A DNA stretch of 64,000 nucleotides, taken from the IMG/VR virus record IMGVR_UViG_3300024299_000010, positions 7,276-71,275 of that record. One strand, 5' to 3'. The translations under genes and the position numbers were made by a program. Positions within the stretch are counted from its first letter, which is position 1. Each line of letters opens with the position of its first letter. Source of the stretch: a virus. Shown piece after piece: positions 10,920 to 21,777 of this stretch. Under the pieces are notes generated by a model. That model searched no databases. It was not told the origin of the DNA and worked only from the letters and a program-made list of their open reading frames with translations.

Positions 10920-11363
10920 TTAAGATACTGTAATAGTCCAAGAAATAGTCATAGTATCTGCCGCGTCTTTTGTTACAACACCAAATACTGTTCTACATAA
11001 CATAGTTCCAGCAGTCACATCATTAAAGATACCAGCTTCTACAATAGAACCAGTACCAACTCCAGGCGCAAATGCGGAAGTATAAGTGATAGTGTTATCG
11101 ACAACAACACTTGAACCTAATACTGTTCTACCCAATTCAGATATTAAAGTTGTTTGACTTGTGCTTGTTGCAGTAGCATCACTACCAATGGCCATATGAC
11201 TCATTAATACTGGTGTATCAGAACCCATTCTAGAAACTATCCAATCTCTACCAGATTGCACGACTAGATTTGGTACAAATATTTTTTCTTTTAATTTACC
11301 AGCAGCATCAAATATTTTGATTGATACTTCACCCGTAGATTTTACAACTTCTTGCATATTCAT
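10920..11363 (-). CDS. Baseplate/tail structural protein
   Basis: NLVV..GR, HMAIG and EAGIFN...MLCRTVF...TISWTITV pattern; lies between gp7 and gp8. Confidence 0.6.
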   Translation of the reverse strand: MNMQEVVKSTGEVSIKIFDAAGKLKEKIFVPNLVVQSGRDWIVSRMGSDTPVLMSHMAIGSDATATSTSQTTLISELGRTVLGSSVVVDNTITYTSAFAPGVGTGSIVEAGIFNDVTAGTMLCRTVFGVVTKDAADTMTISWTITVS

Positions 11364-11386
11364 TTATGTTATTCCTATTTTTGTAT

Positions 11387-12946
11387 TTAAAATGTTCCTA
11401 CTCTAGAATCAGTATATTCTTCAGCAAAATAATCAAGAGCATAAGGATTTAAATCAATAAACCCATCTTCTATTGTATTTATATTATATATTTCTGATAT
11501 AGATTTATCTTGTCCAAATGATACACTATCTGTTGTAGATACATTATCGGATAAAGGTTTGAAATATAATACAACCATAATATCTGAAGTATCGACAGCA
11601 TCATATAATCTATCATTAAAGTAATTTAATAATAATTTGATAGAAGTAGAAGCATCAATTATATTATTAATATTAATCTCACCAAACATTATCATACCAG
11701 CGGGATGTACTGATTGTTTTACCAGATTTTCATAAGTAGAGAAATCGATTGGTGATTTAATTACATAAGAATATGGTTGATAATAATATCCATCTTGTAC
11801 ATATATGCCATCCGATAAAAATCCTTTATTGGATGTATATGCCCCCTTATATTTTGATACAGGATTTGATGTAAATTCTATTATTGCTCTTGATGGATAT
11901 GCTATAGCATCATTAACAGGATCTACAGAAATCTCCATGTTAATGTTATTCACATCATTTTCATTAGGCACATATTCAGTACCAAAGGCAATTGGTGTAT
12001 CAGAATTTAATTGAATATATCCATTATCATGAGTATAGCAAGTTTCATATATATCTGTTATAGTTGCTATAAGAGGATCTGATGGATCAGGGTATGTATT
12101 ATAATCATATCCTTTAGGTATTATTTGGATATTATAAGTATCTGGATAATCAGTACCAAATTCAATAAAATCTATATCTAAGATACCACTATTAGCATCA
12201 ACTGCTGTTACTTTAATTCTTGTATTAGTACCATCATGATCATTAATGGTAATAAATTGTCCAACCTTAAAGTTTCTACCCGATGATTTTATCTTAAACT
12301 TATTAAGTGCATTTTTAATGTTACCACTAAAAGTGTTATATGATATTACAGAATTTGGAGATATATTACCAATATATTCTTTTGATATAATAATTTCATG
12401 AACAGTGGCACTAACTTTTTTAACACGTTCAACATCAACTTTAATCTTTGTTCCTGTTGGTGTTGTAATTAATACAATATTACCAACGGAAATGAAAGGA
12501 TCACCAGAAATAGTTTCAACAAATAAAGCATTCTGTTGATTCCATCTACCATCCGAAGCAATGAAAATTTGTTCTTTTGGTAGACCTATATCAATCTCTG
12601 TATTAAATAAAATTCTGAATAACAATTTGAATGAAGCAAGTGAACCTTTTGCTTGATATAATTGTACAATGTTTTTATATACATTAACCTTATTTGCTAC
12701 TAAACCTCTTGCTAAACCTTCACCAATTTCTTTACGAACTAAATCAATAAAAGCATCTACAAGAAGATCAAGATCTTTATTTCGTAGCATATTATTAATA
12801 ATGTCTGATGGATTTCCATCAACATTCAGAAAGTTATAATACTCCTTTAGAAACTCTACAAGTTGTTGAGCATCGCCAAGGAGTTGTTGAGGTATTAACT
12901 GCTCAACCTTGGAATGCTCAATATTTAACTTTTTTAAATTATCCAT
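11387..12946 (-). CDS. gp7: Baseplate wedge subunit gp7-like (short)
   Basis: FLKEYY, YQAKGSLASFKLLFRILF and QDGYYYQPYSYVIKS...VHPAGM motifs. Confidence 0.7.
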   Translation of the reverse strand: MDNLKKLNIEHSKVEQLIPQQLLGDAQQLVEFLKEYYNFLNVDGNPSDIINNMLRNKDLDLLVDAFIDLVRKEIGEGLARGLVANKVNVYKNIVQLYQAKGSLASFKLLFRILFNTEIDIGLPKEQIFIASDGRWNQQNALFVETISGDPFISVGNIVLITTPTGTKIKVDVERVKKVSATVHEIIISKEYIGNISPNSVISYNTFSGNIKNALNKFKIKSSGRNFKVGQFITINDHDGTNTRIKVTAVDANSGILDIDFIEFGTDYPDTYNIQIIPKGYDYNTYPDPSDPLIATITDIYETCYTHDNGYIQLNSDTPIAFGTEYVPNENDVNNINMEISVDPVNDAIAYPSRAIIEFTSNPVSKYKGAYTSNKGFLSDGIYVQDGYYYQPYSYVIKSPIDFSTYENLVKQSVHPAGMIMFGEININNIIDASTSIKLLLNYFNDRLYDAVDTSDIMVVLYFKPLSDNVSTTDSVSFGQDKSISEIYNINTIEDGFIDLNPYALDYFAEEYTDSRVGTF

Positions 12947-14792
12947 GTCTTGGGAATGTATTGTATGTTGAGGATGCTGTAGATCCTAGAACTGATATAC
13001 CATCTTCTTCTCCTGCAACGTTAACACCGGGCAAACCATCAAGTCCAGTTGTGAAATCGATAGAAACCAATTGATTAAACTTAGGAGCAATATCATTTGA
13101 ATCTGGACTACAATATATTAAAATATCATCCGTAGATTCTATGATAATCGAAACTATACTAACAAGTCCTGTTGCTGTATTAATAATACCAGCCTGATTA
13201 TTCACAATATTGTTTGTGACAGTATCCAATATTAATATCTTTCTAAAACCAACAGCCTCAGTTGCAATATCTGTGAACTTACAAGTAGTGCCTTCATAAG
13301 TAAAAGTACTTGATGTAATTACCTCTTCACTATTAATTGATGTGTATATTGGTGATGAAAATTTAAGATTATAATTAGATGTTAATCCTGTGATAGGAAC
13401 TAAATGTTTATGCATTTTTAATCTGATTGTACTATTCAATATACCAGCATCAGTATTATCAATAAGACTAAGTATATTAGAATGTCTCAACACCCCATCA
13501 TATTTTTCTAGGATTGTATTATTATAATCGTTTATTCCTTGTAAAACTAATGATTCTAGTTGCACTTTACTATTAGAACTTTCATTAGGATTAAATTTAA
13601 ATAGCACATCCATTGTAACAAAAGTATAATCAGGATCAAGAAATTCGGGTGTAACTGATCCAATGTTTTTCAATTTTAATGTTTTATAAATGGTACGTTT
13701 TAAACGTTGAGAAAGATATTCAGAATCAATAGGTTTAATAGAGATATAAACTTTACCGTATACTGGAGGTTCCGCAGTTTCTCCACCCCATATAGAAATA
13801 TCTTCAATAAAATCATATTCTGATAATAATAAAGATCTATAATCTTGTGCTGTTACTGCTCTATTTTGTGTTGAAAATACCTTTGGGGCATTATACTTAA
13901 TAGAATTTATAGATTCAACATTAGTGCCTGTAGAAGTTCTAATGAATCCTGTTGCGGGTTGTACTACTATAGAAGTATATCCACCAATACTAGAATTGAT
14001 AGTAAATGCTTTTGCACCATTACCATCCACACCATTAGTAGAAATATAAGACAGTTCGACTATTTGACCTATAGCAGGTTTATATCCAAGCACACCATCC
14101 CCAAAGTAAAACTCATATTCACCATAAGAGTTTTCTTGGATAAAATATACAAAGGATGTTGCTGTAATATCATTAATATTCTGAAAGAAATTATATGTTT
14201 GATAATCAGCAGATGTCAAAGATGATCTAACTCTAATACTTAAAGTTGAGGTGTCAATCTTCTTATCCGAAATTCTAAACTTTTGAAATTCATTACCAGT
14301 AACACGATATGTGATACTTTTTAATGCACCTTCTTTAGCAATAACAGAATCGTATGTATATTGATTATTAACATCTTTAGATGCTTTATGTGATACATTA
14401 GTTACGAATGTAAATTGTTTAGATCCGATTGCACCATTAAAGGTTGTGCCTCTAGGTATTTGAAGTTCTGCTGGACCTTGTGAATCCCCTGTCACCACTA
14501 ATTTCATATTAGCATCAGAACATCTAACGGATCTAGGAAGATATCCAAGGGATTTGGCATGAGAAACCACATTTTGTCTTAGTTGTGAAGAATCTAAGAA
14601 AGTTTCGTTTGCGGACATATGAGCTAATAATGCATTGTATTGTGTATTATATGCTAATACATCTAATAATACATTAAGACCCGAACCATCAAAATCATAG
14701 TCATTAAATTTATCTTGTGCTGATAAAAATATTTTTAGATTATCTTTTATCTGATCAAAGTCTAATTCTGTTACGTTCTTTATGGATGCCAT
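12939..14792 (-). CDS. gp6: Baseplate wedge subunit gp6
   Basis: LDFDQIKDNLK..L..Q..F.DYDFDGS, YFGDG.LG and QNRAVTAQDY motifs. Confidence 0.9.
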   Translation of the reverse strand: MASIKNVTELDFDQIKDNLKIFLSAQDKFNDYDFDGSGLNVLLDVLAYNTQYNALLAHMSANETFLDSSQLRQNVVSHAKSLGYLPRSVRCSDANMKLVVTGDSQGPAELQIPRGTTFNGAIGSKQFTFVTNVSHKASKDVNNQYTYDSVIAKEGALKSITYRVTGNEFQKFRISDKKIDTSTLSIRVRSSLTSADYQTYNFFQNINDITATSFVYFIQENSYGEYEFYFGDGVLGYKPAIGQIVELSYISTNGVDGNGAKAFTINSSIGGYTSIVVQPATGFIRTSTGTNVESINSIKYNAPKVFSTQNRAVTAQDYRSLLLSEYDFIEDISIWGGETAEPPVYGKVYISIKPIDSEYLSQRLKRTIYKTLKLKNIGSVTPEFLDPDYTFVTMDVLFKFNPNESSNSKVQLESLVLQGINDYNNTILEKYDGVLRHSNILSLIDNTDAGILNSTIRLKMHKHLVPITGLTSNYNLKFSSPIYTSINSEEVITSSTFTYEGTTCKFTDIATEAVGFRKILILDTVTNNIVNNQAGIINTATGLVSIVSIIIESTDDILIYCSPDSNDIAPKFNQLVSIDFTTGLDGLPGVNVAGEEDGISVLGSTASSTYNTFPRHG

Positions 14793-14793
14793 G

Positions 14794-15237
14794 TTATCTT
14801 GTTCTCTCTAAGTATAAAGATATATCAACGATTTGTTGAGAATTAATTATCAATACTGTAACCGATATTGAAAGTGCATTTAAATCACTATCATCAGTAA
14901 CAGTAACATCACGAACCACAACTCTAGGTTCATGATTTTTTATAGACCTTTTAATCTCTCCAACCATCAATGATATTGTAATAGGATTACTTGGTTCAAA
15001 TAGAAACTGAGTAATGTTAGATCCAAAGTCTGGTTCGAAAGGTTTCTCGTTATAATTGGTTAATAATATATTACGAATAGAACTCTGGATTGCTGCAATA
15101 TCCTTTATAGGAACAATATCACCATAACTAGGATGGGGTTTAAATCGTAAATCAAGATCTGAATAAGACTTAACTCTTGATACAATTTGTGAATCTTTTG
15201 TTATGTCAGAATTATCTGATAAGTTTAATGTACTCAT
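14794..15237 (-). CDS. gp25: Baseplate wedge subunit gp25
   Basis: SIRNILLTNYNEKPFEPDFGS...HEPRV motif. Confidence 0.9.
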   Translation of the reverse strand: MSTLNLSDNSDITKDSQIVSRVKSYSDLDLRFKPHPSYGDIVPIKDIAAIQSSIRNILLTNYNEKPFEPDFGSNITQFLFEPSNPITISLMVGEIKRSIKNHEPRVVVRDVTVTDDSDLNALSISVTVLIINSQQIVDISLYLERTR

Positions 15238-15242
15238 GTCTT

Positions 15243-15250
15243 TATTTATA
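15243..15250 (-). promoter_or_regulatory. T4-type late promoter
   Basis: TATAAATA just upstream of gp25. Confidence 0.55.
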
Positions 15251-15260
15251 TTCCTTTTTA

Positions 15261-15644
15261 TTAACCAGCAAAAACATTTACCGAACCTGATGATATTTCA
15301 TGATCAAAATGTTCATCAGAATTATACTTGTCACCTATTCTTCCAATGTTTTTACTATTTACAAATACAGTAGCACTATAGGTGCTAAGAGTGGGTGCGT
15401 GATTTACGGCGGCGACTACACAAGGATCCCCATCAGGATGTGTAACCATTGCATCACCATTACGAACAGTGCCACTACTATTAACAAGAACATCAGAACT
15501 ACCAGCAGCAGATTTTTGAGTTGTCTCTTTATCCCATTTATTCCCATAAACAGTTAGCGTCACACACTCAGTTGGCGGGTCTTTTAAAGCACCATCAGTG
15601 CATTTTACTTCACTCTCACCACCCATCTTTGCTAAAGCAGCCAT
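15261..15644 (-). CDS. PAAR-like spike tip protein (gp5.4-like)
   Basis: GSSDVLVN, TVFVN..IGRIGD and GSVNVFAG PAAR-type repeats; follows gp5. Confidence 0.8.
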   Translation of the reverse strand: MAALAKMGGESEVKCTDGALKDPPTECVTLTVYGNKWDKETTQKSAAGSSDVLVNSSGTVRNGDAMVTHPDGDPCVVAAVNHAPTLSTYSATVFVNSKNIGRIGDKYNSDEHFDHEISSGSVNVFAG

Positions 15645-15649
15645 ATCGA

Positions 15650-17407
15650 TTACGCCTTAAAAATATTTACCAACCAAGTTGGTGTATTAGCAGATCTACC
15701 ACCAGCACCCCAAAAAGAAGCTGCGGCAGGACTAACAGTATTACCTTTTGCAATATCAACATGAAGTCCAATGCCACCCATATAACCAGCCCCAGCACCC
15801 ATTGAAGTTGCTCCAGCTTCTTTACATGCTTTAGCAAAATCTTGGAATAGTAAATCGTCTACTTTAAGTTTTTTACCACCAGAAAATAACCAAACATCAC
15901 AACCAAATCCCCATAAATGTCTATCAGAACCAGTTCTCTTTTTATTAGTCATACCACCAGAAAATATCTGTACATCAAGTTGAATTTTCGTTGCGGCATC
16001 TATAATGATTTTTTCTAATTCTGCTGCAAGTGGTTTATTTCTTGTTGCATATTGGTTGATATAAACGACAGAACCAGCACCCCCTGTGTCTAGAATAACA
16101 TTTTCTTCAACAGCAAGATTACCACCACCCGCCTCGATCATATTCATAGATCCTCCAGTAAAAGCACTTGCACCAGATGATCCTGTTTCTTTATATCCAG
16201 AAGTTTGTGATGAATAAGAAGTCCATCCATCAGGTTTCACCACCGAGAATTTTGGTGTAGGAAAATTGACATCAATATCATCTTCTTCTACTATTACAGG
16301 AAAAATTTCATCAAGTTCTTTTTCTGTAAATTCTACAACAGGTAAAGGTGACACATCTCCTACCACAAAACCAGTAGGATTAAAGTCAACAGTTAGACCA
16401 TGTAATGCAACATTAGTTGTACCATTTATAATAGTATTGTTTGATAATGTTGTTAATGTCTCCGTAGCACTCATAGTAATATTAGGGGCAATGAAGGACA
16501 TATCACCACCAGATGTCATTGATAATGTACCCGCAACATCCACCACCAGATTACCCAATGATTTTACTGTTACATCATCCAAAGCATTTAAAGTTGTTTT
16601 GCCAGTATTATATGCAGTGGTATCACCATAATTCCTTGAAAGAACATCACCCCTAGCATCAATATTAGATTTACCCGCAACAGTAATAGTTGAATCTCCT
16701 TGTATTGTTGTTACCGCATTACCACCAACATTAACAACAGAATCCCCCGCAACATTAACAATCCAAGTTTGCATTGCATCAAATCTTTCAGCGGATCTAG
16801 TTCTCATTTTATTATCAGGATGTATTTCAATGAAAGCACCAGATCTATGTTGTATATTTATTCGTTCAGCACCAGGAGTATCATCAAACTCAATCATATG
16901 ACCAGATTCGGTTATACGAACTTTATTATAAGGATATTCTCCTCTATAAGGATCTTCTGGTTCAAATATTCCAACACGTGCTTTCTTAGTTGATTCGATA
17001 CCTATTGCTCTATCAGAAGTATCAATACCTTGTTCTCTTGGAAAGATTCCATTAGGATCATTAAATCCCATAGTAGATTCAGAACCAGCGGTGTTCTGTC
17101 CCATGATAGTTCCCATAATAACAGGATCTTGTGCATCTGAACCATCTTTAAAGAAACCGAATACCCAAGAACCTTCCACTAATCCATGAATACCTTCACC
17201 TATAGCAGAAACACCAGAAACTGTGGTAGGCATTAATACTGTTGCCCAAGGCAAATCATTTGTGGGCAACTTTGCTTTATCTTCAGTATGGAAATCAAAG
17301 ACTCTGGTTCTTACTCTATTTAAAAATAAAGGGTCTGCTCTATCTTCAACGACACCCGTGAACCAGACAAACTGTTGTTGTCTGGTATCATTCATGTTTA
17401 CATTCAT
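15650..17407 (-). CDS. gp5: Baseplate hub/spike gp5 with C-terminal M15-like peptidase
   Basis: WFTGVVEDRADP OB fold; YPYNKV..TESGH.IEFDDTPGAERI; beta-helix repeats; SDRHLWGFGCD...HVD. Confidence 0.85.
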   Translation of the reverse strand: MNVNMNDTRQQQFVWFTGVVEDRADPLFLNRVRTRVFDFHTEDKAKLPTNDLPWATVLMPTTVSGVSAIGEGIHGLVEGSWVFGFFKDGSDAQDPVIMGTIMGQNTAGSESTMGFNDPNGIFPREQGIDTSDRAIGIESTKKARVGIFEPEDPYRGEYPYNKVRITESGHMIEFDDTPGAERINIQHRSGAFIEIHPDNKMRTRSAERFDAMQTWIVNVAGDSVVNVGGNAVTTIQGDSTITVAGKSNIDARGDVLSRNYGDTTAYNTGKTTLNALDDVTVKSLGNLVVDVAGTLSMTSGGDMSFIAPNITMSATETLTTLSNNTIINGTTNVALHGLTVDFNPTGFVVGDVSPLPVVEFTEKELDEIFPVIVEEDDIDVNFPTPKFSVVKPDGWTSYSSQTSGYKETGSSGASAFTGGSMNMIEAGGGNLAVEENVILDTGGAGSVVYINQYATRNKPLAAELEKIIIDAATKIQLDVQIFSGGMTNKKRTGSDRHLWGFGCDVWLFSGGKKLKVDDLLFQDFAKACKEAGATSMGAGAGYMGGIGLHVDIAKGNTVSPAAASFWGAGGRSANTPTWLVNIFKA

Positions 17408-17548
17408 AATTCTAAATCCTTATTTAAATAGGCAATACGTATAAATTCGACTGTGTTTATGTCTGATTATATTGTTGCATTTTCTCTTTGTAATTGTACT
17501 ATACTTATACCACATAATGACGTTCCTTGTCAAGAGAGATATGAACTA

Positions 17549-19693
17549 TTACCTTCTGCTCGCAATATCATTCCAGTCAGGTTCTGGTGGATATTGTCCA
17601 TTCTCATCCACAACACCACTATAGTAGTCTAGCTCTTCCTGTGTCATTATTGAGTACCAGTCGAATTGTCTATCAACAGCATCAAGACCGGGTGAAACAT
17701 CAACAGCAGGTGGGTTTAACTTTGCTCTATTTACTAAATACTGATTAAATTGTGAGTCTGATAACTGACCGTTCATAACCGATAACGTACCTTCAAAGGT
17801 TACATAACCACTATCATCAATCAATTGATCATAGTTCTTTATCTTTTCTAGATCAACGAGATTGTCGTTTATACCAATGAATCTATCAACCCAACTACCA
17901 ACCCAATTCTTGGTTATACCATCATCATATAAAGACTCATCCGGTGATAAAACGTTCTTTTTATTTACTATGAACTGCAAAAATTGCTCGTCTGATAAAT
18001 AACCGCTCATGTCTGAATAGTTACCTTTAATAGTTACATATCCAGTATCATCATCAATCATACCAGTATATAAAGATAACTGTCCTATATCAACGAGATT
18101 GCCGTTTATACCAAGGTAAGTATCAATCCAACCACCAATCTCATCCAAGAGATCTTCTTCTTCTTTGTTTGGATCTGTGGGATTAGTACCTGTTATAACA
18201 GAAGCGCCACCAAACTCTTCCACAAACTCTTCTACATTATTCTGTAACATAATAGTTTCTATAGGTTTAGTCTCACCCAATAATCCACCATTAGGTCCGT
18301 CTGGGTTTTTGCCAACCAATTCCTTTGGTTCAGGAGAACTACCACCCTCAATAGGATTATATGCTAGTTTACCGCGATCAATAGAATCTTTACGAACTTT
18401 AATTCTTGTAAAATATCCACCCGAAACAAATTCGTGTACAGATGATACAATTAAATATCTACCCGATAATAATAAATCAACGTGGTCTGTTTCTTCAATT
18501 TCAGCATGACCAGTTTTAGCAAATATAATTTCAACCATAGTTCCTGGTGTTAATCTAACATCACCATATAATTTAACTGAATGTTCTAGTTGTGCCATAT
18601 TAGACATAATAGATCTTCTTATATTACCAGATAAAGCCATATGTTCATGTATCCCAACTTCACCCATATCTGCTCTTGCTAATGCATTTGTATTGTAATA
18701 AAGATTATGAGTACCCACTATATTACTATAACTTAAACCATTAATATTAAAATCAGGATGCATAATAAGATCTTTATCCATCAAAGGTGGTTTATTATCC
18801 ATAGCATTATAATCGGACAGTTTATATGATTTAGTACCCCAATCTAATATATGACTTCTAGTAGTATAAGCACCATCCTTTAATGCTTTATAAGGAGAGA
18901 ATCCTAGGTTAGATGATACTTCAAGTATACTTCTTCTTTTATGTGAATATTGTCCGTCCGTAAAGGCTTCACCCTGTTCAAAAAAGTGTTGTTCGTATCT
19001 TTCATACGGTTCAGCCGTCACCATTTCATTATAAGAAGTCATAACAACCTTAGAACCGTTAGATGAACCATTGAAGATTTCATACGAGAAATAAGGAGAA
19101 CCATTATCACTCATTGTCTTAGATAATATTTGTGATATAGCATCCGAGTAAGATATCTTAGGTGGTATATAAGTCATAATACCAGCCGAGGATGTATCCT
19201 TTACATCTAACTTCTCACCCTCAATATTATTTTCACGATATAGTTCTTCTAATATTTCAACTGGAGTACCTTTAAGAACATGCTCTACTTTTTTTAATTT
19301 TGAGATAAACCCAAATGTAGATATACATCTAATCTTATATACTTGAATATCAGGTTTAGGTCTACCATATAAAGGTATATCAAGGATATACCAATCCGAT
19401 TGAAGATCTGCGGCTTCTTCACCTTCTTTAATTTGTTTTCTTAATACCATAGTAATCTTTTCATTACCAGTAATATTAAGGTCTTCCATCATATTGATAC
19501 CATCCGTGATATCAAATTCTGCCATCAGTGCTTGTTGGTATATGGATTCCGTTACAATAACCTTTGAAACTAATGCAGTAATATCTCTTTCTTTGCCATT
19601 AGAAGAAAATATTTTAATGCCTAGCTTATGCGAAGAAGGATCACCACCTTCACTTGTTGATGTGGTTTTATGTAAACCTGATGTATTAGCCAT
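17549..19693 (-). CDS. Baseplate hub protein (gp27-like) with acidic C-terminal extension
   Basis: Lies between gp53 and gp5; ESIY and LLSGRYLIVSSVHEF motifs. Confidence 0.6.
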   Translation of the reverse strand: MANTSGLHKTTSTSEGGDPSSHKLGIKIFSSNGKERDITALVSKVIVTESIYQQALMAEFDITDGINMMEDLNITGNEKITMVLRKQIKEGEEAADLQSDWYILDIPLYGRPKPDIQVYKIRCISTFGFISKLKKVEHVLKGTPVEILEELYRENNIEGEKLDVKDTSSAGIMTYIPPKISYSDAISQILSKTMSDNGSPYFSYEIFNGSSNGSKVVMTSYNEMVTAEPYERYEQHFFEQGEAFTDGQYSHKRRSILEVSSNLGFSPYKALKDGAYTTRSHILDWGTKSYKLSDYNAMDNKPPLMDKDLIMHPDFNINGLSYSNIVGTHNLYYNTNALARADMGEVGIHEHMALSGNIRRSIMSNMAQLEHSVKLYGDVRLTPGTMVEIIFAKTGHAEIEETDHVDLLLSGRYLIVSSVHEFVSGGYFTRIKVRKDSIDRGKLAYNPIEGGSSPEPKELVGKNPDGPNGGLLGETKPIETIMLQNNVEEFVEEFGGASVITGTNPTDPNKEEEDLLDEIGGWIDTYLGINGNLVDIGQLSLYTGMIDDDTGYVTIKGNYSDMSGYLSDEQFLQFIVNKKNVLSPDESLYDDGITKNWVGSWVDRFIGINDNLVDLEKIKNYDQLIDDSGYVTFEGTLSVMNGQLSDSQFNQYLVNRAKLNPPAVDVSPGLDAVDRQFDWYSIMTQEELDYYSGVVDENGQYPPEPDWNDIASRR

Positions 19694-20474
19694 TAATTAA
19701 CTTCTTATATGTACGTGAAAAATCTTCGATATAATGTGATTTTAATACCTTTATATCCATGAATGAATCATTGACACCCACTTCATAATTATAATTAGTT
19801 ATTTTATATAATGAGGGAATTGGATATATTTCGTCAACAGAATACGTTATACGAGGTACAACAACACCATCAATCGATTCATAATGATGTGCAGATTCGT
19901 TTTGATTTTGTAATGTGAATGTGTAATTGCTAGATCCTTGAGAAACAACTTCACCCGAAGTCAATCCAGTAATTTCTTCAGTTGAATTAAAATTGCCCGA
20001 TAATTCCCCTAATGTTAAACTATTCATATCCAAATCAATATCAATAATCTTTGCGGTATATCCGGTTTCACTTCCCTGAATAGTTTCACCTTTAACAAAG
20101 GATTTGGTATAAAATAAATGATCCTCACCGGTACCACCGGAATTAACATAACCAGTTAAAGTATGATATGGATATTTCAATTCAATATAAGTTTGAAGTT
20201 CAGTATATCCTTTAGGCCAAGAATGCATACCATTTATAAGGTGATTATTAATCATAAAGAAAGTCCAATAATAATCTGGTGTATCGTATAACTCTTGTGA
20301 TACCTGATCAGGTCTTGAACCATCTAATATCTGATAATATGTATATGAATTAGAATCATCAAGATTAATAGTTGCCTTGACATGTTTAAACAAATCAATG
20401 ATAATATTTTTATTATTATTATTATCACCAAAATCATAAGGTGATAATGGAAAGTTTTTAAAGAAATTTGACAT
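19686..20474 (-). CDS. gp53: Baseplate wedge protein gp53
   Basis: FFKNFP and RPDQVSQELYDTPDYYWTFFMIN motifs. Confidence 0.85.
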   Translation of the reverse strand: MSNFFKNFPLSPYDFGDNNNNKNIIIDLFKHVKATINLDDSNSYTYYQILDGSRPDQVSQELYDTPDYYWTFFMINNHLINGMHSWPKGYTELQTYIELKYPYHTLTGYVNSGGTGEDHLFYTKSFVKGETIQGSETGYTAKIIDIDLDMNSLTLGELSGNFNSTEEITGLTSGEVVSQGSSNYTFTLQNQNESAHHYESIDGVVVPRITYSVDEIYPIPSLYKITNYNYEVGVNDSFMDIKVLKSHYIEDFSRTYKKLING

Positions 20475-20493
20475 GTATTAACCCTTATATAGT

Positions 20494-21252
20494 TTAATAT
20501 TGCATTAATAATTGAATATCACCCTGACTAAGAACTTTAGTTTCTTGGAATGATAAAGTCAGATCAACCTCAATAGGAGCACCATCAGAGAATGTTAAGT
20601 TTGTTGATGCATTAAACGTTGAGTTACAACCAACAAGGAATGATTCATAGATTTGTGGAATAAATTTATTAACTTGACCATCATGCTTATGAAACTTTAT
20701 TTCCCATTTGGGCGGGTATGATAAAATAGTATTATTACCAGGTTGTGAAGCAGCATAGATATGTTTCCTGAAGAATTCATGTATATTTTTGATAAGAACA
20801 GAGTCTGCTTGACTATCCGCAACAAGTTTGAATTGAAAGGTGTTTGCTCTCATTGTCATATTCTGAAATGTTGTGACAGTATTAGGGTTTATAGCAATAC
20901 CGTTTTCCTTTTTATAAACATCACCAATTTTATCTACACCAGGAACTCCCGATGATTTTAACATTTGACCCGCAAGTAATGCTTTTAGTTCTGGTGACTG
21001 TTCAAGTGCTGCCGTTTTCCCTTTAAGTTTCGATGCAAGTTGATCAGCATTTTTACCAGCCAAATCCCCCATATCACCGAACATCCCCATATCAAATGTG
21101 CCATAGGATGCACCCGCAGCACTAACCAAACTTGAAGGACAATATAAAGTTACAGATCCAATCATATCACCCTTTGCTTTACCAAGGGCTTTAAATGTTA
21201 CAAAGTTTGCTTTAGACTCTGATAAATTTCTTGGATATGTTAAGTTTGCCAT
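20494..21252 (-). CDS. gp48: Baseplate tail-tube cap gp48
   Basis: INPN...F..MTMR...FQFKL and DGAPIEVDLTLSFQET motifs. Confidence 0.8.
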   Translation of the reverse strand: MANLTYPRNLSESKANFVTFKALGKAKGDMIGSVTLYCPSSLVSAAGASYGTFDMGMFGDMGDLAGKNADQLASKLKGKTAALEQSPELKALLAGQMLKSSGVPGVDKIGDVYKKENGIAINPNTVTTFQNMTMRANTFQFKLVADSQADSVLIKNIHEFFRKHIYAASQPGNNTILSYPPKWEIKFHKHDGQVNKFIPQIYESFLVGCNSTFNASTNLTFSDGAPIEVDLTLSFQETKVLSQGDIQLLMQY

Positions 21253-21265
21253 AAATTGAATCCGT

Positions 21266-21291
21266 TATAAATAGTAATATAGTTATTTATA
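21266..21291. promoter_or_regulatory. Overlapping divergent late promoters
   Basis: TATAAATA on + at 21266-21273 (toward gp4) and on - at 21284-21291 (toward gp48). Confidence 0.75.
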
Positions 21292-21315
21292 TACAATGAT
21301 TTAAGGGATATTATT

Positions 21316-21774
21316 ATGGCATTTAAAACTCACAAAGGTAAATATAAGGTTAAGAAACCAGAAAAATATCTTGGTGATTATAAATCTGTTACCTATAGAT
21401 CACTTTGGGAAAGACAAGCATTTAAATGGTGTGAGGGACGTGAAGATATTATTGGATGGCAATCAGAAGAAACTATAGTACCTTATAGATGTAAGACTGA
21501 TAATAAGATGCATAGATACTTTATTGATTTAAAGATTAAGTTCTCTAATGGTAGAATATTACTTGTAGAGATTAAACCAAAGTGCCAGACAATACCACCA
21601 AAGAAACCAGCAAGACAAACTAAACGATATATTAATGAATGTATGACTTATATCAAGAATGAGTGTAAATGGAAAGCAGCAACAAAGTATGCACAAGATA
21701 GAGGATATCACTTCGAAATATGGACGGAAGATACTTTAACAGGTTTAGGTATAAAAATATTACTTAAAGGATAA
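21316..21774 (+). CDS. gp4: Head completion nuclease gp4
   Basis: YRSLWE, HRYFIDL, VEIKP and KWKAA motifs. Confidence 0.9.
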   Translation: MAFKTHKGKYKVKKPEKYLGDYKSVTYRSLWERQAFKWCEGREDIIGWQSEETIVPYRCKTDNKMHRYFIDLKIKFSNGRILLVEIKPKCQTIPPKKPARQTKRYINECMTYIKNECKWKAATKYAQDRGYHFEIWTEDTLTGLGIKILLKG

Positions 21775-21777
21775 TAG

